A DNA stretch of 64,000 nt, from positions 87,359-151,358 of the forward strand of contig PANM01000013.1 of the NCBI GenBank assembly GCA_002708385.1. The letters are read 5' to 3'. How positions within the stretch are numbered: position 1 is the first letter of the stretch; the number at the start of each line of letters is the position of its first letter. Below the pieces are notes generated by a model. The model was not told where the DNA came from, did no database searches, and was given only the letters and a program-made list of their open reading frames with translations. The stretch comes from Methanobacteriota archaeon (GTDB lineage: Archaea > Thermoplasmatota > Poseidoniia > Poseidoniales > Thalassarchaeaceae). A program made the position numbers and the translations under genes. Shown piece by piece: positions 57,801 through 64,000 of this stretch.

Positions 57801-60121
57801 TCTCTAATTACTACTGAATCTTCCATTTGACGATGCGAACGCAAAATCTGTTCTGCTCGAGTTTGAAATTGTTTCGGACTTACTTCATCTGCCCCAATCC
57901 TACGCGGATTAAGCATACTGCGGCTTGAAACTTCACGGAATCGTTTTGCAAATAACTGTGAATCTAACATATATCTTTGCAGAACTTCTCTACTAGAATC
58001 ATCCCTGAATAAATCTGAAATTTTAGATATCTCAACCTCATGACTTAATTTTATCATGAATCCATTTTCATCAAAAGAAATTTCATTGACTAGAACATTA
58101 TCTCTTACAGCAATTCCAGCAAATAAATATCCAAGCGCTAAATTAAATGCTCTACCCCTACAAGTTGTAACGATGTAAGTAGGAAGTGGGGCCGCTACTT
58201 GTTCTACGATAATTCGATCTCTACTCGGAACTTGGAATGTAGTAGCACAGTGCTCATCAAGATAATTCCCTAGTGCATTTGCAATTGGCTTATTCAAGCC
58301 ATAAACGTCCATCAATAGCGGTCTTACATCACGACCCATCCTTACAATATGGGATGCGCGGTCAAGTACATCCAATACCTCGTAACTTAACTCGTTGGTA
58401 CGCGAATTTGCTTCTCCGGCCCAAGACGGAATTGTTGGTCGATAACCTGTAGCAGATGTTACATTTACTCTAGTCCCTTGAACATTAGATACTCGGTAAG
58501 TTGACCCACCGAGTAGGAATACATCGCCATTTCTCATACTAGCAACGAATCCACTGGATAATTGTCCAACAAGAGTCCCATCTGAGGTAAATACGAGGTA
58601 ATTATTGTCGGGAGCGATTGTTCCGATATTTGTGTAATAGATCATTTGAGCATATCCACGCTTGCCAAAGCGATTATCTTCCCAATCCACCCAAACTCTA
58701 CGTTCTTCTTCTAGAAGGTCTAAAACTTCGATATAATCGTCATATGGAAGAGCTCTATATGGCCACGCAGCAGTAACTAACTCGTATGCATCATCTATAT
58801 CCCATTCACGGATTATAGTTAGTCCAATCATAAATTGAGCTAAAACATCAAGAGAATTTTCTGGGAATTTTAGAAGGTCCATCGAGCCACGTAAAATTCC
58901 ATTTTGCAATGCTACTACTTCCAGTAAATCTTGTGGAGAAGTAGGTAGGAACCTTGCTCTTGGAAGACCTCCTACTTGGTGACCTGCTCGACCTATTCTT
59001 TGCAATGCAGTTGCGATTGAACCAGGGCTACCTACCTGAACAACACAATCAACTGATCCGATGTCAATTCCCATTTCTAAAGACGATGAAGATACTACAC
59101 ATCTTAGATATCCATTCTTAAGCCGCTGTTCAACATCTAAACGAATCGCTTTATCCATTGAACCGTGATGACCCTCTACACCTTCTGTGCCGAGAATTTT
59201 CAATTTCTGAACGGTAGTTTCAGTCATTTGCCTAGTATTAACGAAAACAAGTGTAGTAGTATGAGCTTCAACTATTTCTTTGATACGTTCTACATTGTGG
59301 TCGAGAACTTCCTTGATTGGAAGGGAAGAAAATCGTGGTGTTGGAAGTATGATATCAAGATCTAATTTCCTTGCACCAGAAACCTTTGCTATTGCAACAT
59401 GTTGAGGTTCTGTATCGCTTTCTCTAGAATCAGAAGCCACCAAGAACTCCGCGACAGCTTCCAACGGTTCCATGGTTGCTGATATACCAATACGTTGGAC
59501 ATCCGAGTCAATTACACTATCCATTAGGGCTAAACTCAATGCAAGATGAGTCCCTCTCTTGGTAGGAACCAAAGAATGCATCTCATCGATAACCATCCAT
59601 TTCAAGTCATTTAACAGAGGTCTAAATCGCTTCGAAGCCAGAGCAAGACCAAGTGATTCTGGCGTTGTAATTAGAATATGAGGCGGTGACCTCAACATCT
59701 TTTCTCTTTCTTTTTGAGGAGTGTCTCCTGTTCTCAGACCTACTTTGATTTCTTTTGCTCTTCCTGGAAGATATCTCTCTCTGATTTCAGTCAAAGGACC
59801 AATCAAATTTTTCTGTATGTCATTTGCCAATGCCTTGATTGGTGATATGTACACACATTGAACAGATTTGTCTAAGCTTCCGTCTAAAGATCTGCGGACT
59901 AAGTCATCAATAATTGAAAGAAATGCGGTTAGGGTTTTTCCAGAACCGGTTGGTGAACAAAGTAACAGATGTTCTCCTTTCAAAATACGTGGAATTGCAA
60001 GTTTCTGGGGGTCAGTAAAATCGGGAAATTTATCTTTGAACCAGTTGCGTACGGGGGGAGAAAGGCTATCGAGCAACTGCTCGGTATCCCATGAATCCTC
60101 TACATACTCAATTTTAGGCAT
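54830..60121 (-). CDS. lhr: Lhr-family SF2 helicase with long C-terminal extension (1763 aa)
   Basis: SPTGSGKT, TTPES, DEMH, SAT, LEMGIDIG, QRIGRAGH, Y.NIGTI; wHTH/HTH_42-like C-terminus. Confidence 0.9.
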   Translation of the reverse strand: MPKIEYVEDSWDTEQLLDSLSPPVRNWFKDKFPDFTDPQKLAIPRILKGEHLLLCSPTGSGKTLTAFLSIIDDLVRRSLDGSLDKSVQCVYISPIKALANDIQKNLIGPLTEIRERYLPGRAKEIKVGLRTGDTPQKEREKMLRSPPHILITTPESLGLALASKRFRPLLNDLKWMVIDEMHSLVPTKRGTHLALSLALMDSVIDSDVQRIGISATMEPLEAVAEFLVASDSRESDTEPQHVAIAKVSGARKLDLDIILPTPRFSSLPIKEVLDHNVERIKEIVEAHTTTLVFVNTRQMTETTVQKLKILGTEGVEGHHGSMDKAIRLDVEQRLKNGYLRCVVSSSSLEMGIDIGSVDCVVQVGSPGSIATALQRIGRAGHQVGGLPRARFLPTSPQDLLEVVALQNGILRGSMDLLKFPENSLDVLAQFMIGLTIIREWDIDDAYELVTAAWPYRALPYDDYIEVLDLLEEERRVWVDWEDNRFGKRGYAQMIYYTNIGTIAPDNNYLVFTSDGTLVGQLSSGFVASMRNGDVFLLGGSTYRVSNVQGTRVNVTSATGYRPTIPSWAGEANSRTNELSYEVLDVLDRASHIVRMGRDVRPLLMDVYGLNKPIANALGNYLDEHCATTFQVPSRDRIIVEQVAAPLPTYIVTTCRGRAFNLALGYLFAGIAVRDNVLVNEISFDENGFMIKLSHEVEISKISDLFRDDSSREVLQRYMLDSQLFAKRFREVSSRSMLNPRRIGADEVSPKQFQTRAEQILRSHRQMEDSVVIREAMNEIMNFDLEMKELADFISRMDSENVRIVHRKVKMPSPLGMTLFMSSFEDLLSLRTRAYLIKDIDPEILRRLLGARSLATDLDRERLAQYYQDKVAVPDSPSGLLRLMDMGGGLEKSLTHPLYSEKLKDVEFEQLREWVYELAERGLITKVRNTGLEQIDDKWFSERMAGVHGTLGCLAASGADEMDDLRALYTGGLTFDMGVDYKDGKPANWKETYLSDPMDCLRLKLLDMLGSEGPRTLDKLASRLPFPRGQVESVLQELEMRNLVSIGFFTQTEDGEYILRVDEYRITGGQVEVVDYRTLQTLILHKSFTQYDEPADAIRNLILVQRRDEMLHRVKDYRFRDWKDIKHDPDVVNGRLLHNRVGYTMDDQLPLVLGLRGDPWIGPLEEELLEKIPKEGMSRIELFDGYPKGKENAHIQRSLKSALSNLERQLIIGKKYIELPNRKRSLAVFHKIHDRVKPMNFDEAVKTLIERIGPVRLHTLRFFVSRPVEELAETLRDLENAGKIARVVALQPDPTDYYSSHEDAEKLLSPMAEDRKMRIVSQSDPFCSRFIQEVRLMLKQGWYHPVFKGVDPVGRILMFVVNDYLEIKDINIPHSYLDEFKTTFDELLENYRDRLIDVSVIHAFNGVPVHECDENVQQILSDLGFESMGDGERYIRGGIVDPMPRKKINRILFHHHSLHQKTRHENETLALDHLDELRDDFALRGRCEMFRVDLKSMAAAHQLHQGTNLRGHLVWAKMLHFQKLLTIRNIQPPEEDEEILQFFREHHDPSIFMERHAMKRGEFRKLISPLVRSGHLVQDYRGGFKAVEPISSSDLWEVKRDFLRDLVKDFPVITLKQVERLAGSPFSAEEISDVMREFEEDGTLIKGFLVDDMHDVCWGRHDLLDGSDGLSRTRDLVIPPSDPLIHYYGSLLRERFGYGSAYLVFHREEPIAAFKANTREGVIRITDFVGDSDLEKEALRVMKEFAWEHDMPLKGKFYERLRSR

Positions 60122-60341
60122 AAGTTCCCCTCACACTATGGCTGTACAGGGGCTTAATTCCCTACATGAATACTTCGTTTGGAAAATCATACAGTACTAC
60201 GTACTGGATAAGCCTAAATCATTGAAACCATGGGTAATTTAGCCAATTTCGTATTTCCCATTGAACTTTGTATTTTGACACTAATAACAACTATCGGAGG
60301 ATGGCTTGAAAGATGGTGAGTTAGTCGCCGAAGTGTTGGAT

Positions 60342-62057
60342 ATGCCTGACGAGGGACGCTTAGAGAGAATGTCCGCAATGCTGAGGCGTCGGGGAGTAGT
60401 ACTTCCAGCATTCGACATATATGGCGGGGTTTCAGGTCTTATCGACTATGGACCAGTTGGGGCTTCGATAAAAAGAAGATTGACACAAAAGTGGATAGAC
60501 CACTGGTTAAGTCATGGCGACATTGTAGAGATCGATTCACCCACCATAACTCCAGAGGCAGTTCTAGTGGCGAGTGGCCACGTTGGTGAGTTCAATGATT
60601 TGATGACAGAATGCAAAGGCTGCGGTTCTGTTTTTCGTGCAGACCATCTAGTCGAGCACCTACACCCTAATGCAGATTCCTTGAACTCAGATGAAATCGA
60701 TAAGTTACTATCCACTGGAATAGAATGTCCATCTTGTAATGAATCTGAGTGGACCTCCGCCCAACCAATGAATCTGATGTTTTCAACAAAAATAGGCGCG
60801 ATGAGCGCTGGAAGGACTGCATACATGCGCCCAGAAACCGCTCAAGGTATGTTCATGCTATACCCGGCATTATACCGTCATTTCAGACAAAAATTACCCT
60901 TTGGAGCCATTCAAACCGGTAAGGGGTACAGAAACGAAATTAGCCCTAGACAAGGAATGATTCGCCTAAGAGAATTTAACATGGCGGAGTTAGAATATTT
61001 CATCGACCCTGAACATCCTCCATTATCCGATTTAAACCGCAGAACGGAGATAGTTAGCCTTGTCCCAGATCCCGACGGCCCACATGCTGGAGAGTCTAGG
61101 ATGAGTTTCGGAGCCGCTTTAGATGCCGGAATAGTTCGTCACCCAACCGTAGCTTGGTTTTTGGCTAGAACCTGGGATTTCCTAATTGAGGTTGGAATTC
61201 ATCCAGCAAAGATTCGATTCAGACAACATGCTAGTACTGAAATGGCTCACTATGCAGAAGATTGCTGGGATTGTGAAATACATGGAGAACACGGTTGGAT
61301 AGAGTGTGTTGGAATCGCTAACCGAACCTGCCACGATTTGGAGAGTCACGAGTCTCATTCCAATACCAAGTCACTTAGGGCTTGGAGACAATTTGATCAG
61401 CCTCGTTCGCAAACACTGGACAGATTAGTCCCCAATGGTGCAGTAATTGGCCCTACCTTCAGAGGGGATGCAGGTGCTGTGGTTGCTGCCCTTGAACTAC
61501 TTACTGAATTACCAGAATCGTTTCCTTTTGAATTGACATTAGCTAATGGGAATTCAGTAAGTATTCATGAAAGCATGGTTGAAAGGAGAATCGATACTGT
61601 TAACGTCAGTGGAGAATGGTTTACCCCTCATATAATAGAACCTGCTTTTGGTATTGATCGCATTATTTGGCATGTTCTTGACCACGCCTACGAAGAAGTA
61701 GAAAAGGAAGGGGAGGCTTACACATTTCTCAGACTTTCAGAAGGAATATCTAGTGTCGACTGCGTGGTACTACCATTATTCGACAAAGAAGGAATGCCTG
61801 ATCTAGCCAAAGAGATTACCTCGGCGATTAATGCACTTCCTCATTCGAGGGCCGAGATGGACTCAAGTAAATCGATTGGTCGAAGATATGCACGCGCTGA
61901 TGAGATAGGAGTCCCCTGGGCATTAACCGTTGATCACACTTCACTCGAAGACGGAAGTGTGACAGTTAGAAGACGAGATGACCAATTACAAGTTCGAGCC
62001 TTTGTTGACGAAATTCTAACTCGAATGACTAATGGAACCATGCAAGAACTATTCTAA
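60342..62057 (+). CDS. glyS: glycyl-tRNA synthetase (alpha2 type)
   Basis: IYGG..G..DYGP, ASGH, MRPETAQG, RNEISPR, REF, MAHYA, IEPAFGIDR, SIGRRYAR.DEIG. Confidence 0.96.
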   Translation: MPDEGRLERMSAMLRRRGVVLPAFDIYGGVSGLIDYGPVGASIKRRLTQKWIDHWLSHGDIVEIDSPTITPEAVLVASGHVGEFNDLMTECKGCGSVFRADHLVEHLHPNADSLNSDEIDKLLSTGIECPSCNESEWTSAQPMNLMFSTKIGAMSAGRTAYMRPETAQGMFMLYPALYRHFRQKLPFGAIQTGKGYRNEISPRQGMIRLREFNMAELEYFIDPEHPPLSDLNRRTEIVSLVPDPDGPHAGESRMSFGAALDAGIVRHPTVAWFLARTWDFLIEVGIHPAKIRFRQHASTEMAHYAEDCWDCEIHGEHGWIECVGIANRTCHDLESHESHSNTKSLRAWRQFDQPRSQTLDRLVPNGAVIGPTFRGDAGAVVAALELLTELPESFPFELTLANGNSVSIHESMVERRIDTVNVSGEWFTPHIIEPAFGIDRIIWHVLDHAYEEVEKEGEAYTFLRLSEGISSVDCVVLPLFDKEGMPDLAKEITSAINALPHSRAEMDSSKSIGRRYARADEIGVPWALTVDHTSLEDGSVTVRRRDDQLQVRAFVDEILTRMTNGTMQELF

Positions 62058-62122
62058 GTGAATTGCAGTTCCAGTAGAATTATCCTACCAATCTTCAAGA
62101 GGCTCCATGACTGGATAGGAGC

Positions 62123-63655
62123 GTGAGCGAAGCGGCGACCATCGAGGACTGGACGGAGAAATATCGTCCAACCAGAATGTCTCAGATGGAAGGGAATGAA
62201 TCACAACTTCGTATGATAACTCAATGGTTAGACAGATGGTCGTCAGGAAAGATTCCTGACAAACGTGGATTATTACTAGTTGGACCACCCGGAGTTGGGA
62301 AGACTACTCTTGCCAAAGCTGTGGCAAAAGAGCGAGGCTGGTCGATTATAGAATTGAATGCCTCCGAGGAAAGAAATGCTGCAGCCATTCGTAGAGCAGC
62401 CACTCGAGGAAGTCAGCATATCTCACTATCAGCATTTTCTACCGGAGGAGAGGTTGGGGAAAAAACAGTAGTTTTACTCGATGAAGTAGACCATTTATCA
62501 GGAGGATTTTCCCAGATTTCTGAAGATAAAATCGATAAAATCCTTTCACCGGAAGAGGAAGAAAAAGCCACTATTAAGGGAGATTCGGGGGGTAAGGCTG
62601 AACTCCTCAATTTGCTAAAGATTACCGAACAACCTGTCATATTGACATGTAACGATGCAATGAGAATGTGGGGTTCAGGACGCCAGTGGCGGAGAAATAG
62701 GGACAGAGTTATGCGCCTTGCAGAAAATATCCAATTCAAACGAGTCGGTAAGGTACACATGAGGAGAATTGCACATAGAGTACTAGATGGAGAAAAATTA
62801 TCCATGGACCCAGAAGCAGTTGAGGCTCTAATCGAAAACAATCCAGGAGATTTGCGGGCATTAGTTAGAGACTTACAGGCGGCATCCGCAATAGGTGGTG
62901 AACACATAGCCTTAGAGGATGTTAGAGCCTTAGCCGAAGTCGCAGAGAGAGACTCACAAATCGATGTATTCAGAGCGCTTAGAGAAGTTTATGCAGCAAA
63001 CAATGGGTATACAGCGAATCGATTGCTAATGAATTCAGACAAGGACCCTGACGAGATGCTAGCGTGGTTTGTCTGGAATAACCAGTCGGTTTTCAGTACC
63101 AAAGAATTAGCTGAAATTTCCAAAGCGATGGTGCTAGCTGATCGTGCATTGGCGACCAAGTTTACCAACAGAGCGTATCGTTCGTGGTATTGGGGTTCTT
63201 CTCTTTCATCTCAAGCAGCAGTATCTGCAAAAAGCGAAGATTCCGCTTCTAAACCCTTCCTAACTTATCCTAACTTCCTAAGAAGAGGGGGGGAGGCTTG
63301 GAGAACTTCTGGCGTTGTAGCATCTCTAGCAGAACAGTCAGGAGCTAGTAAAGCAGCTGTTAGAGAAGACCTCTGGCCCAATCTCCTCGCAGTTCACGAT
63401 GAATCGCTTGGCGGAAATCCAGAGGACTTTTCATTGGCAATGAATTTAGGATTAAGTGGTGAAGATCACCTATCTTTACACGGGATTCCTAAATCAAGAA
63501 GAGATGCAAAGAAGATTCTTGCCGGATTCGATGAATCATTACCCAGCGATGATTGGGAAGAAATCCCAGAGCCAGTACAGCAAATAGAAGAAACAAAAAG
63601 TCAAACAAAAAAAGAAAGTGATGAATCGACGCAATTTTCTTTAGATTCCTTCTAA
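62123..63655 (+). CDS. rfcL: replication factor C large subunit
   Basis: WTEKYRP, GPPGVGKTT, IELNASE.R, LDEVD, GDLR. Confidence 0.93.
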   Translation: MSEAATIEDWTEKYRPTRMSQMEGNESQLRMITQWLDRWSSGKIPDKRGLLLVGPPGVGKTTLAKAVAKERGWSIIELNASEERNAAAIRRAATRGSQHISLSAFSTGGEVGEKTVVLLDEVDHLSGGFSQISEDKIDKILSPEEEEKATIKGDSGGKAELLNLLKITEQPVILTCNDAMRMWGSGRQWRRNRDRVMRLAENIQFKRVGKVHMRRIAHRVLDGEKLSMDPEAVEALIENNPGDLRALVRDLQAASAIGGEHIALEDVRALAEVAERDSQIDVFRALREVYAANNGYTANRLLMNSDKDPDEMLAWFVWNNQSVFSTKELAEISKAMVLADRALATKFTNRAYRSWYWGSSLSSQAAVSAKSEDSASKPFLTYPNFLRRGGEAWRTSGVVASLAEQSGASKAAVREDLWPNLLAVHDESLGGNPEDFSLAMNLGLSGEDHLSLHGIPKSRRDAKKILAGFDESLPSDDWEEIPEPVQQIEETKSQTKKESDESTQFSLDSF

Positions 63656-63770
63656 AAAATCAGGTATCAGCAATTAATATGTTTATTTTAAATCATTCAT
63701 AATCTCTCTATCTGGCCTTTAGTGGCTAGTGAATGAGTAACATTGAAGTTTGCGAGCACTATCCAGATTC

Positions 63771-63932
63771 ATGACACAATGGGAGTATAGAATTGTAGAA
63801 GATTCAGATTCATCATGGACACAGATTACTAAAATGTTGAATGAGTTGGGCAGTCAGGGTTGGGAATTAGTTTCAACGAGAGGGAAAAAGCCGGGAAAAC
63901 TCAAGGTGTTCTTCTTCAAGAGACCTCTTTGA
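63771..63932 (+). CDS. DUF4177-like small protein
   Basis: WEY...LNELG.QGWELV...FKR pattern. Confidence 0.7.
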   Translation: MTQWEYRIVEDSDSSWTQITKMLNELGSQGWELVSTRGKKPGKLKVFFFKRPL

Positions 63933-64000
63933 AACCCCAGTGACTCATCACCGAGTTATAGGGCACCCTTAGCTTCATTTCGATTCTTCGTCTTTTATGT

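Noticed and set aside
60230-60319. 29-aa hydrophobic ORF before glyS
   Set aside because: Too short, with no SD or homology evidence; likely chance in AT-rich DNA
1-64000. CRISPR arrays, IS elements, proviral or defence genes
   Set aside because: No spaced direct repeats, transposase, integrase or recognisable defence motifs seen
63975-64000. Possible 3' end of a minus-strand gene (..IKDEESK*)
   Set aside because: Too little sequence to support a call

Overview
64 kb of core chromosome from an archaeon, most likely Thermoplasmatota, Marine Group II / Poseidoniales-like (inferred from gene content and order). It is densely coding, and I found no mobile element or CRISPR array. Contents: methylmalonyl-CoA mutase/epimerase; KEOPS kae1 and a probable pcc1; a folate-dependent histidine-utilisation cluster (hutI, hutH, long-form hutU, split formiminotransferase/cyclodeaminase) around tRNA-Val(GAC); pan/aMBF1/tsr3; metG, proS, glyS; priS; futalosine-pathway genes mqnD, mqnA, mqnE; split transketolase; coaBC; isoprenoid genes (ipk, an IDI-1/GGPP synthase fusion, a UbiD decarboxylase); rps12-rps7-EF2; the proteasome/exosome superoperon; dph6, purB, tiaS, gmhA/gmhB-like genes, an archaeosortase, a 1763-aa Lhr helicase and rfcL. 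The standout is a 159-aa half-size deoxyhypusine hydroxylase (DOHH)-like protein at 22231-22710. It has two His-Glu iron motifs and signatures of both halves of eukaryotic DOHH, and sits inside the mqn cluster. Signals missed by the ORF track include a 51-aa Zn-ribbon gene, an aldo-keto-reductase gene remnant, a likely CTG start for rps12 and a recurrent TTCAAG-like box 29-30 nt before start codons. All family assignments rest on motif recognition from memory; no database searches were run.
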